This document shows, in pieces, positions 12,887-24,559 of a DNA stretch of 64,000 bases. A program made the position numbers and the translations under genes. The DNA comes from Setoptus koraiensis (lineage: Eukaryota > Animalia > Arthropoda). The notes beneath the pieces were generated by a model. It had not been told where the DNA came from and did not search any database. It worked only from the letters and a program-made list of their open reading frames with translations. The stretch covers positions 1,984,001-2,048,000 of the forward strand of contig CM106585.1 in the NCBI GenBank assembly GCA_048013815.1. The letters are read 5' to 3'. How positions within the stretch are numbered: the stretch's first letter is position 1; each line of letters starts with the position of its first letter.

Positions 12887-13442
12887 ACTCTCGAATTGAG
12901 AGTCTCGACGGCTCGCTGGCTCGCTCGATAGCTCACTCGACGGCTTACCCTTTGCATAAAACAACAGCCGTCGCATATTATCATTATCATTATCATTGCC
13001 ATTGCTACTATTAATATTTTTATTTATATGTATGCATATTCAAATTATTTCGCATTCGTATATTTGCCACTATAGGCTTGTGTCGTTGTCGAGCCACTTT
13101 GTGATTTGTGAACTGTGTGATCTGCGCCATTTGTGTGATCCATGTTCACACAGTTGCCAATGTGTTGTCGTATGGTTGTGTGATCGCTCATTTGCTCGAT
13201 CTCTACCACTAGAGATCGTCTATACACACACTGACAGTGAGCTATTCAAGAGCGCATATTCCAGACCGAACGCCGGCCGGCCGGCCGGCTCTCTCAGTGG
13301 TCGCATTCGGATCTGTTTGTGATCTGAATTAATAACCAGCCAGATGAACTTATCTCGCAATGGCATCTACGCTAATGAGATTTAATCCCAACCAAAGCCT
13401 TAGAGAGTAATAATATAATAACCATAATGGCAGCTAATAAGC
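12886..13442. repeat. Direct repeat copy 2 (557 bp), identical to 8347-8903
   Basis: Same sequence as 8347-8903, from gactctcgaattgagagtc to gcagctaataagc. Confidence 0.92.
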
Positions 13443-14216
13443 CAATCTTTCTAAGAATTTCTGTTAATACTCGGCTCTTTAGAGCCGATCCACATGTGCA
13501 TGGTAGTTCCAGGATATTCTCGTTCTTTGGAGGATCCGACCTACTGAAGAGATCTTCAAATGACGATTCATAGGGAATATCATCTGAATTTCGAACAATA
13601 TGCTCCTGGGCAGGTTTTCTAATTAGGTTGCGTCTACGATACAAACTCGCCCGATAATTTAATGGTTCGTTCCATCCCATAGGGTCGCCTACCATCATCT
13701 TCCCATCCATCTTGAAAAAATCGGCTTGGGGTAAACTATATCATGATTAATTTGTGTTTCGCTGGTTATTTTATTCTCCATGGGTTTTTCGCTTAATCCT
13801 GCCATTTTTCATTTATTAATTTGTATTGTATTAAATTTAAGTTTCATCAACCAGACACATAACAGGAATGCAACAACTGTGCGTTCTGTGGCTTCAGCTC
13901 CTTAAAAAAGCTAGGCACAGTGTGCGTTCACGACTAACGATCCAAACGGATGCATTTGGGGTTGGCACTCAGGTTCATCGTTTACAAAAATCACTTTCTG
14001 CCCCCAAAAGTCTGTTTGACCGCCAACAAAGTAACTCAATCCATATCGATGAGTTACGTTGACCTGGCTAGCTGTAACGGCTTCACTATCGTTTTATAGC
14101 ACATTCATAATGACCGCGTGGCCACAATCATCGATAAGTCTATTAATATTATTATTTTTTTCTCTTTTTCAACTAAAAAATTTCACCATTATGCAAGATC
14201 ATCTAGAAGACGAGTA

Positions 14217-14322
14217 TCCAGAGGCCTTCGTTGGTAGCATTCGAGGTAGGCCCATGATTCATCAACCTGGTGGAAATAATAATCGCTGCTGGACCCGAAT
14301 GCTACCAACGAAGGCCTCTGGA
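14217..14322. repeat. Perfect 27-bp inverted repeat with a 52-nt spacer
   Basis: tccagaggccttcgttggtagcattcg (14217-14243) is the exact reverse complement of cgaatgctaccaacgaaggcctctgga (14296-14322). Confidence 0.95.
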
Positions 14323-15244
14323 AATAACACGGACTTCCTTTCAGACATGGATTTCCTGGAACTACATTCTTTTATTCGATCATTTTGCTCACTAAAATTA
14401 TATCTCACCCATGTTTCCCTGGTTTATAACCTTGAGAGGCCCGTGTACTGCAGCGACTGATATCTTTCCACAATTATCCTCTAACGTCTGACGGAAGGAA
14501 CTTTGTTTTGTTAAAAAATTCCAAACATTGTTTGATTCTCTGTGATGCGATGGATTGGGAAAGTCGATACGAAAGGTAAAAACCTATGATCTTGTTTCAC
14601 TACGATCAATAAGGTTTCGCCGATGTGTCATTATGCAACAGAGAGTCGATCTGACTGCAAATCTCTCACAACTACTATTGAGTAGCGAGCGCATACTCAA
14701 TAAAATATCGATGATATCATGGAGAGTCACGAATTCATTGTAATGATTATCCACATTTATTGCTCATAATACATACGGCCTATGTGTCACACATATCGGG
14801 CCCAATACTCATAACTCTACTTGAATCATGTTTGAGTGTACCTTTGAACGTGCTTCGCATTGTCATCAGGGACCAATGCAAAAGATGTTCTCTATTCATA
14901 TCAGCTGTAAGCTATAAACTATTATATTATGATCCAACAATCTAACCAATCCATTTATTGCATATTATGATCCAACAATGTATAATTAGAGCATACATCT
15001 ACTGCGTATACTAAACAATCTATTACGTAATAGTAATCATGTAAACAAGGTTGTGAACCTAAATTTATGAGACGACAAAAGCACAATCATCGGGTATCCG
15101 TTTAGATCAGTGATTCAGCGAGACCTGAAACATAATGTTCAATTTGTATGATCAATTACTGTTTTAACTTATAACTATCGATCTTCGTCGTAACCAATTT
15201 GAGACAAATCTATCTAGAATACATGTGATCGCCAGAGAACCAGG

Positions 15245-16734
15245 ATGGCCAATCAAACAAACATAGACACAAATATCGACAACAATAGTGTTGGTGATGC
15301 CTCGGTGACAAATTATCATCATCACGAGACAATGAAAGTTTATAAAAAACGTTTTTTAATATTGTTACTATTTTGTCTCTATTCCATGATGAACTCTTTT
15401 CAATGGATTGAGTACTCAAGCTTGACCAATGTAGTATCACATTTCTACAATGTTGACAATATGGCCGTCAATTGGACCTCAGTCATCTACATGGTAACCT
15501 ATATACCGTTCATTTTGCCAGCCAGTTGGCTTTTGGAGTTCATCGGACTGAGATACGCTGTCATAATTGGCTCGACCGGAACAACTATTGGAGCCGCCAT
15601 AAAGTGTTTCAGTGTTCACGAAGCGGGCTTTGCAATAACAATGTTCGGTCAAACTATAGTGGCTCTATCTCAACTTTTTATCATTAGCGTGCCCCCTCTA
15701 CTGGCTGCCGTATGGTACCCCGACAATCAAGTGTCCACGGCTACAGCTTTCGGCGTGTTCGGTAATCAATTTGGAATTGCGCTGGGATTCATTGTACCAC
15801 CACTCATGTTGCCGGATATCTCTACTAAGGCTGCTATTGCCTCTGGACTCAAATCACTATTCTATTCAGTGTTTTTAATGTCCCTCATACTCACCGTGGC
15901 CATCTTATTGTTTTTCGACAACGAACCCGAAAAGCCGCCAGGATCCGCGCGTCTCCGAGCACAAATGGGCTGTCAAGCTCCCACACCTGCTTCTTTTTTG
16001 GCCTCTGTAGTGGCTGTTTGCAAAGACAAAAATTACATTCTGCTGGTGATTAGCTATGGCATAAATGTGGGAGTATTCTACGCCATATCTACAGTTCTAA
16101 ATCAAATGGTTGCACCAACGTGGCCTCAATTGACCTACTTGGCTGGTGCCATGGGTCTCATAATAGTCATTAGCGGCATGGCGGGTTCCGTTGTTTGTGG
16201 TCAAGCTCTAGATAGAACGCATGCTTTCAAGACTGTTACAGTGCTGATCTATTTGTTCTCTCTATTGTCTATGGTTGTGTTCGCTATTGTTGTCCGGCTA
16301 CCCAACATGATCTGGCCACTTTACGTGGCTTCAGCGATCCTCGGATTCTTTATGACTGGCTATCTACCGTTGGGCTTTGAGTTTGCAGCTGAGATAACTT
16401 ATCCACAGCCAGAGAATACTACAGCCGGTCTCTTGAATCTGTCGGCTCAGGTGAGTCATCTTAGCTAGTCACATCTTGTATTCTTCAACCCGATGACTGT
16501 CTAATTCTAACCATGTTGTTAATTTGCTGTTTCCACTAGGTTTTCGGAATAGCTTTAACATTTTTGACATCTGAACTAGTGGACCATTCAGGAGATTTGA
16601 TCGCCAATGCATTTCTTTCCGGCTGTCTGCTATTGGGACTGATCATAACAGTATTGATTAAGGCCGATCTCAAGCGTCAGAAAGCCGTTAAAAACCAATT
16701 GGATGAAATGCACGGTAACGTTGTATTCACTTGA
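15245..16734 (+). CDS. FLVCR: FLVCR-family major facilitator superfamily transporter (heme/choline/ethanolamine exporter family); exons 15245-16450, 16540-16734
   Basis: KVYKKRFLILLLFCLYSMMNSFQWIEYS, AAVWYPDNQVSTATAFGVFGNQFGIALGF, GFFMTGYLPLGFEFAAEITYPQPE and the terminal IKADLKRQ are FLVCR signatures; about 12 hydrophobic helices; phase-0 GT-AG intron at 16451-16539. Confidence 0.93.
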
Positions 16735-16980
16735 CAAATCAATACTGGAATGGTCCATTAGGAATGATCGAGTTTGTTAGTCACTAATCACTCTCTGACT
16801 TACTGAATACCTGATATTCGTTGCATTCTCATGGAACGGCGACAGAATCGCTTTTTATACTCTTAACCAGTTGATCCAACTCAGGAGACACAATACAGCT
16901 GTCGATATGATCAACCCACAGGTTGTGATCGAATGGTTTTTGATGAAAACATATCTATGGCTTATTGTGAGGACTTATTT

Positions 16981-18002
16981 TTAGATCGTAGGGAGGTTAC
17001 GATCGTAGATCTTGTTCTCTAAGAAAGGGAAGAATTTGTCTTTCCAGAATGAATCGTCCATCCAGTTATCACTAGATATTATTCTCGTATTCGGCGCAGG
17101 TATCGCTATGCCTAATGATCTGGCGCCACTCGAATAATTCTTCAGGAACTGTTCACACGCTTTGTCATTTTTATCCTTTATGTCGCGATCAGGTCGTTTG
17201 GGATCGTGAGCGCAAAGGGCCAGCATCCATTTTGTAATCGAAACTGGATTGAAGAATTTTACTCCGTCTTTAATATTATAGGCGCCATCAAAAGGTTTGA
17301 TTAATTTGTTGCCCATCAAGCTTGTTGGCTCAAGCTCCCTGCCTTTCACTGGCAATGGCTCAGTACCGATATTAATTCCAAAGGTTTCGTAAATTTTCTT
17401 TCCGCTATTCCTGATATCCGCAGCATTGCGATTTATTTTATCGAAGTGGACATCCGGCTTGGTGGCGGTTTTCCTTATTATTTCAGCGGTCTCCTTAGGA
17501 TCAAACCTTCTCTTGCAATGCTGCTTTTCTATCAACCAGCCCACTTCCATGGGCAAATGGTAGAACTGCTCAGGATTTCCAACTTTAATACAGAATAGTT
17601 TTGGATATTTCACAGTATAGTTATGCACACGTTTGAGATATTCTTCGACCGATGTCTCTCTCACAGCTTTTGTTTCATGGTTAACCTCGTTAAACTTCAA
17701 CTGTTGTGAGTCAATTCTGGCTAATCCAAGTACGCGTACTTTCCTATAGTGTTTAACGCTAGGGTTGGAACCTGGATACGCTTTGTGTCTAACCTCTACT
17801 TGTTTGTGTTTAATGTCAACCTCGAACAGGTCCCATATAGTTTTATCTTTTTGAGCTTCCATAAAGGCAGTTTTGACGTCGACTTGTCCATTTTCTTGCC
17901 GAAACTTTTTCGAAGCCACTCGCTTGCAGAGCAGGTCGACCAGATTGCATTCGTCATAGAACGCGGCGATTGAGTTGGCAACATTCAACAGCATACCAGA
18001 AA

Positions 18003-18076
<74 letters not shown>

Positions 18077-18267
18077 TAATAAATTGGGGGGGGGGGGTGG
18101 GGGGGGGGGGGCGGGGGGGGGGGGGGCGGGGGGGGGGGGGGGGGGGGGGGGGGGGATATTAATAATATATATAATATAAAACATTTTGCCGGGCCTGGCG
18201 ACTCAAATAGAAGCCAGTGTTCAATTTGATCCCATTCCCAAATCTATATCTGTTCTCGGATCCGACA
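16981..18267 (-). CDS. AGO: Divergent Argonaute fragment: L1 (DUF1785), PAZ, L2 and the start of MID; no PIWI domain; 5' end lost in the gap; may be a pseudogene or an assembly fragment
   Basis: ORF 16981-17994: MLLNVANSIAAFY (L1), SVEEYLKRVHNYTVKYPKLFCIKVGNPEQFYHLPMEV (PAZ), KETAEIIRKTATKP and FGINIGTEPLPVKGRELEP (L2). Across the poly-G, 18190-18267 encodes FGNGIKLNTGFYLS, the upstream half of L1. Confidence 0.85.
18006..18155. other. Poly-G tract, probable sequencing or assembly artefact
   Basis: About 140 G broken by a 10-nt AT-rich insert and single bases, next to a scaffold gap; typical of two-colour-chemistry no-signal reads. Confidence 0.75.
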
Positions 18268-18767
18268 NNNNNNNNNNNNNNNNNNNNNNNNNNNNNNNNN
18301 NNNNNNNNNNNNNNNNNNNNNNNNNNNNNNNNNNNNNNNNNNNNNNNNNNNNNNNNNNNNNNNNNNNNNNNNNNNNNNNNNNNNNNNNNNNNNNNNNNNN
18401 NNNNNNNNNNNNNNNNNNNNNNNNNNNNNNNNNNNNNNNNNNNNNNNNNNNNNNNNNNNNNNNNNNNNNNNNNNNNNNNNNNNNNNNNNNNNNNNNNNNN
18501 NNNNNNNNNNNNNNNNNNNNNNNNNNNNNNNNNNNNNNNNNNNNNNNNNNNNNNNNNNNNNNNNNNNNNNNNNNNNNNNNNNNNNNNNNNNNNNNNNNNN
18601 NNNNNNNNNNNNNNNNNNNNNNNNNNNNNNNNNNNNNNNNNNNNNNNNNNNNNNNNNNNNNNNNNNNNNNNNNNNNNNNNNNNNNNNNNNNNNNNNNNNN
18701 NNNNNNNNNNNNNNNNNNNNNNNNNNNNNNNNNNNNNNNNNNNNNNNNNNNNNNNNNNNNNNNNNNN
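18268..18767. other. Assembly gap (500 N)
   Basis: Run of exactly 500 N. Confidence 0.99.
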
Positions 18768-18940
18768 GCAGACATCAATCATCCAATTGAAAAAAAAAAA
18801 AGTTAGTCCAAGTCGAACCATTATCACGCGTCAATTCAATAAGTCATTCGAAGTTAGTTCACTGTAATTTGGTGGCACATTAACTCTTCCAAACATTATC
18901 TACATCACCAGTTGATTGTTTACATACCCACATACATAAA

Positions 18941-19300
18941 GGTTGTAAAGCAAAACCAAAAATGAAGCTCAGTTTATCAGAGATGAGGGAACAACATGAA
19001 TATAAGATGTCCCTAAAGCAACATCATCAATCATCCATCGTAGATTATTTGCATAAACAACTACAACAACGGACAAGCAACAAACAAGATAACGAATGGA
19101 TTGAAAAAGAAAAGAATAATATTAAGTCGTCGTCCAAGTCAGCCAATGGCAAGTTCTCAAAGTTGCATAATGGAAACAGCGGCTCATTAACGCCCCAAAC
19201 AGACAGCGAAAAGAAGCACAATTCTAATAATTGTTTCAGGCGATTAGCCAACACTATCGACTGGCATCAAGTTAATCAATATATGGACTCATTTCCGTAG
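18941..19300 (+). CDS. Unassigned open frame, possibly an exon of a gene cut by the gap
   Basis: About 119 stop-free, non-repetitive codons (GCKAKPKMKLSLSEMREQHEY...RRLANTIDW) after a possible acceptor; no family recognised. Confidence 0.35.
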   Translation, partial: GCKAKPKMKLSLSEMREQHEYKMSLKQHHQSSIVDYLHKQLQQRTSNKQDNEWIEKEKNNIKSSSKSANGKFSKLHNGNSGSLTPQTDSEKKHNSNNCFRRLANTIDWHQVNQYMDSFP

Positions 19301-21511
19301 GGCATTTGTTCGAATCCAATTAACCATCTGCAGAGAAACAATTTATTGAGCAGTATTATTAGTCGTAGTTGGCAGTGATTGGTAATATAGCAATAATAGA
19401 TTAATGCTTAATATTGTTGCTTGATTGGTCTCATTTACCTGATGGATACACACACAAATTGTTTGTTTGTTTGTGTGTATGATTTCTTCTATCCTTATTA
19501 TTGTTACTAACGTCATTAGTATTAAACATAATTAACATAATTATTAATACTAATAGTATTAAGAAATTGTTGTATGTGTGTACCCATTAGAGCCATATTT
19601 TATTTGTCCGTTTAATGGTGGACACAACAGCACAAACATAATTAAGAGTATAATTAAATGTAAAAGCTAGCCGCATCTAACGAGCGAGCTAGTGTCTTCG
19701 TCGCGCTAAAACGCCCATCGATTTCGATATCGGTCATCGTCACAACAAGCGTCTTGGCTAGACAAGACGCATACATTCACAAGTAGAGAGATAAATGTCA
19801 TATCGCTGTCGTGGTCGCTTAAATATTATGATCATATTATTGTACAAATTAATGTGACACTACAGTGACAGCCTACCGCCAGTAACCAATGTAATTTGTC
19901 AATATTATTATTATTATCATTATCATAATCAAGATTACTAATAAATCAGCATACGCACACTCTCATATGGTACACTTATAGTATGACACTTATAGTCATA
20001 TGTGAGTCAATCGGCTAACTATTGCATATATAGTTATTATTATAAATGATTTTATTATTACCAATTAGATGCCAATAACTGTTTTATTAAGTGAGTCAAG
20101 TTAGTAACTTGTTGCAAGCGGTGATAAACTAGCTGTCCATAGAAAAAGTCCGTACGAAACATAACATTTTAGGTAAGTATCAAGAGGACGCATATCAATA
20201 CGTATGGCGTGTATAAATTGTTGTAACTAGGCCACTATTGTAGATGCCGCAACACTGTGAAACACATGATGTGATGCGGCACAAAATGACACGAAATTGT
20301 TGCAAATAGTTTGCTGTGGTCAAGATATTGATACAATGCAACCACAGTGTAGTGTAATAATGACCAGTGATAAGAGACAAGTTGTCGCCAGTTGTCAGAT
20401 TGCCAATTAGCCTAGTTAACAGTACAGCACACAGGTAATGGGTCAGGTGCCGGTGACCTCGATACATGTTGTGTTACTTGCGGCTTGCGTAAATTTTATA
20501 TTTGCAGCCGGTATTGTTGTCTGTTTGGTTGGCTCAAGTCGGTTAGTCCGAACAGCGACACAACAACAACAACGACAACAACAGCAGCAGCACTAGTAGC
20601 AATAACAACAACATCACTACCAATGAGACAAAAGATTTTTCGTCTCTCCACTAGCGTCTTGAGCGAAACTCCATTTGATGTTGTATGGCAACAACATTCG
20701 GTGATGATGAAAAGAAATCTGATTTGTTGTTCACAAGAATAGAACAGCAGTCGTTGTTGCAGTTGTTGCTGTGATAAATAGAATTGGATAGAAAAAAGCT
20801 TTCTTGCCCATTGTTGTCTACGCTTGTGCTAGTCTACTGACCACCAAGTGTCAACTCATTCAATTGTCATCCGATTTAGCAGGCACCGATACAAGTTAGC
20901 GAGTAGCGAGTTTGATTTCCTGCCGGCCGAGTTTCACAGCAAGCAGTACTACGGGCACAAGTGGCAACAAGTGTTGCTTCTTTGCAAGCGTCTTTGCTTT
21001 CTCGACTACTCGCTTCTTTTTGGCTTCTTGTTCGCCTTTGGCCATCACTGTCGGTTATGTAACATTTGTTATGTAACAGCAAGCCAGCAGCAACGGCAGC
21101 ATCGCAGTATCAAATCAACGAGCGGCTATCTATAGACCTTGTTGCCACTATGTATTGTTACAGCTAGCTGTGGATAGAAGATACAAGAGAGCTTCACTTG
21201 AGCACATCACAAGTCCGCATCAGACTTAAAATAATCACAACCAAACAATTATTATTAGTCACTCACAGTGAAACAAACCCAATACTCGTCATATACTCAA
21301 TAATAATCCGATGAGCCAATAATTAATCTTGCTTGGGTTTTTTGAATTCAAATTTTCAACAATTTCAAACAAAACCCGACGACTAGGATCAACGCAGCAA
21401 CTGCTCAGTCAATTTATCACTAATAGCAACACTTGCGACCACAAACAGAGTGAAATCGTAGCCACAGGAGCGTCGTAACAGGAAATAACTGTGTAATAGA
21501 ACATTGTCAAC

Positions 21512-24109
21512 ATGAGGTACTCAAAGCTTCTCTCATGGACACTATTTATGGTTGTATTTATAATTTATTTAACTGCAATTAAATTTGTACGTGGACAACT
21601 GCTACAACCATTGCAATTAGTGGGCCAACCAAATCAAAACATCTTATTTGAGTCCACACTAAAACAACAGCAACAGCAACAACAGCAATCGCAATTAAAG
21701 TTTCAATCGCCGTCACAACAAAATCCCCACAATAGCGTCACCAACAACATTGCTCAACAACTATCCATACAACAGCAGTCACCTTTGCAACAGCAATCAT
21801 CAGCACAGCCACAACCGCAACAATTGCAACGTCCGCAACAAGCTTTCCAAGATCAAGAGCTAATCAACAGTAATAACCATCAGTTATTAGCTAATCAAGC
21901 AAGAGCGCCGGCAACCATAGAATTTACCTATCATAATTATGATGCAATGACAAACTTAATGCACAATATTAGTAAGAATTTTCCCGATATTGTACGTGTC
22001 TACAGTATAGGTCGGTCGGTTCAAGGTGAGTGCAACCCCCCTACGACATACAACGTCTTCATTGAGTGTCTTGGTGTCGTAAATATAGCTGTAGTATGCA
22101 GTTTACGACATTTGATAAAGGGAGCGAGACAGATACAACATTTATGTGTCACATACATTGTGTCTAGCAACTGTCTACGTGATCCCGATAATGAGTCTGA
22201 TAGTTGACCGACCGGCTGACTTTGCAACTTTATTCTTGAACTTGATTGGCTTTTTGTTTACTTTTTGCATTCAACTCTGCCAGTACATTAGTAGTGTCTC
22301 TTATATAATGATTCGAATCTCATAATGAAAGGAGAGAAAAAATTATATAACATACAACATGTTGTGCAATAACAACTTTACACACTTGCATGTACTGATA
22401 GATGGCGGATAGACTGTGTCAGTCAGAGAGAAATGTTGCAATGAAAAGTCGCACAGTAGCTGCTTGCTTACCTTTGAGAAACATGCTCACGTGACTGAAT
22501 ATTTTGAATATAAATATATTCCGACACATTACATAATTGAATTGGGCAAAAATAAATCTGCATACGTGACATTTCTGCAGTGTGCGTTTGGGTCTCACGT
22601 AACACGTTATATCTTGGGTTGCGACTTTCAAAGTTGTCCCACATGGTGGCTGGCTTCGAGCAAGCCTGACAATGATCACATAATACTATCTCTGACAAGG
22701 TTTTTTCTTAATTATTATCTCTGTCTGTTATGCGATGCAGGGCGCCACTTGTGGGTGGCACTGGTCACCAAGGATCCCCAAACCGACGACCAGTTACTCA
22801 AACCAAATGTCAAGTATATCGCCAACATGCACGGGAATGAGGTCGTGGGCAGAGAGCTTTTGCTGCAGCTGCTCGTGTATCTAGTCAATTCGTACCCGTC
22901 TGACCAGTATGTCAAGTATCTCATAGATAATACACGAATACATTTGATGCCGTCCATGAATCCCGATGGCTACGAGATGGTAAGTGTCGCACAGACGAGT
23001 GGTCATCACACATGCGATGACCGATGCGATGACCACACGTCTAAATCATGCTCTTCACTCGTGATTGTCACTAAATAATAATGCTCATAAATAATCTGCA
23101 TCAAAATCCCTGCAACCTCGTCAATAGTCAGTGGAGGGCCAATGCACCAACGGAGAGGGTAGATTCAACACAAACGGCATAGATTTGAATAGAAATTTTC
23201 CCGATTTTTTCGCTCCAAACAATTTCGACAGCTCAAAAGAGCAGCCAGAAACCAAGGCTGTTCGTCTGTGGATCGACAAAATTCCCTTTGTTCTGTCCGC
23301 TAACTTGCACGGTGGGGCCCTGGTGGCATCGTTTCCGTTCGACAATCAAGCTAGCACATGTGAGTACAATTTAATCATTAAATTTTAATGTGACGCAATT
23401 TCACCGTTGCACCAATTGATGCGCGCCTATCACCAATCACCCAATATCCGTTCTAACCGCCCTTATTACCCCCAAATACCATCTACTGTACAAAGTATTT
23501 TCAGTTCTTTCAGCGCGCAGACAAAACTCACAATATTCCGCGACGCCGGACGATGACGTTTTCAAGCATCTGGCTCAAGCCTATTCATTCAATCACAAGA
23601 CCATGCATTTAGGTCAGCCATGTCCCCGAGAAAGACAAAGATTTCTCAATGGAACCACCAACGGAGCACAATGGTATTTACTGGAGGGTGGCATGCAAGA
23701 TTACAACTATTATTGGACCGGTTGTATGGAGGTCACGCTTGAGTTGTCGTGCTGCAAATATCCGCCCAAGAACGAGCTACCTGAGTTTTGGATACAAAAC
23801 AGAAAGGCTCTCATAGCTTATCTGGGAGAGGTGCATCGCGGTGTTCGGGGTCTGTTGCTGAACCCGATGGGAGTTGCGATCACCAATGGCAAATTAAAGA
23901 TCAAGGGAAGAGATTTTAGTTTCCGTGTGAGCCGTCGCGGCGAATTCTGGCGCATTCTCTTGCCAGGTCAATACACATTGCAAGCTACTGCCGATGGTTA
24001 CGAGCCCGCAGAACAAAATTTTGTTGTCAATTCGGGCCAGGTAACTTTTCTGGAGATTCACATGAAACCTGTTGCGTCGAGTGAGCCCGTGAAATATGCA
24101 GACATATAA
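21512..24109 (+). CDS. Secreted M14B (carboxypeptidase M/D/E-like) zinc carboxypeptidase, one catalytic domain plus a transthyretin-like domain; exons 21512-22025, 22741-22979, 23128-23359, about 23505-24109
   Basis: Signal peptide; YHNYDAM...YSIGRSVQG|RHLW; [14 protein letters not shown] (Zn ligands H, E); PSMNPDGYE; DLNRNFPD; SANLHGG (Zn ligand H); GGMQDYNY; [11 protein letters not shown] (catalytic Glu); [12 protein letters not shown]. The GT-AG introns keep the frame. Confidence 0.93.
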
Positions 24110-24559
24110 CAAAAATAAATAGCGATCACATACAGCCAGCATAGCATTTACTCATGGAGTCAACAATAAGATTCATGACTTTCATAATACCACTGAATCG
24201 TGTATCACATTCGTAACATGAGGCCGTCATGTAGTCATAGCAATTGCAACCATTCATTGGGCTATTTACATTCGATGCCACTTGGATGGTCTCAGCGATA
24301 TAATCTGAGCAGATATTGTGGTGTCTTGATTTGATTTAGTTTGCTTTAGTAGTAGTAGTGAAAAACACAATCATGGTGCTGGTAAATATTCGTGCACCAT
24401 GAAGCCTTGTCTGTCGGTTGTCGTAGATGGAGCTTTTCTCGGCCGAGAGAAACCGTTGCGTTGATTTTTGTTTGCTGTACTGTGATCGTTCGGATAGTTG
24501 CAACCGATTCGTTTTATTCAGCGATTGTCAGCTTTTTTTCTACGAAATCACGATAACGT

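Noticed and set aside
8347-13442. LTR retrotransposon reading of the 557-bp direct repeats
   Set aside because: No TG..CA termini, primer-binding site, polypurine tract, target-site duplication or gag/pol between them.
17954-18867. Poly-Pro, poly-Gly and poly-X ORFs
   Set aside because: Products of the poly-G tract and the N gap.
20168-20182. atacttacct (U1 snRNA 5' end) on the minus strand
   Set aside because: It is just the complement of a consensus splice donor on the plus strand; no U1 body follows.
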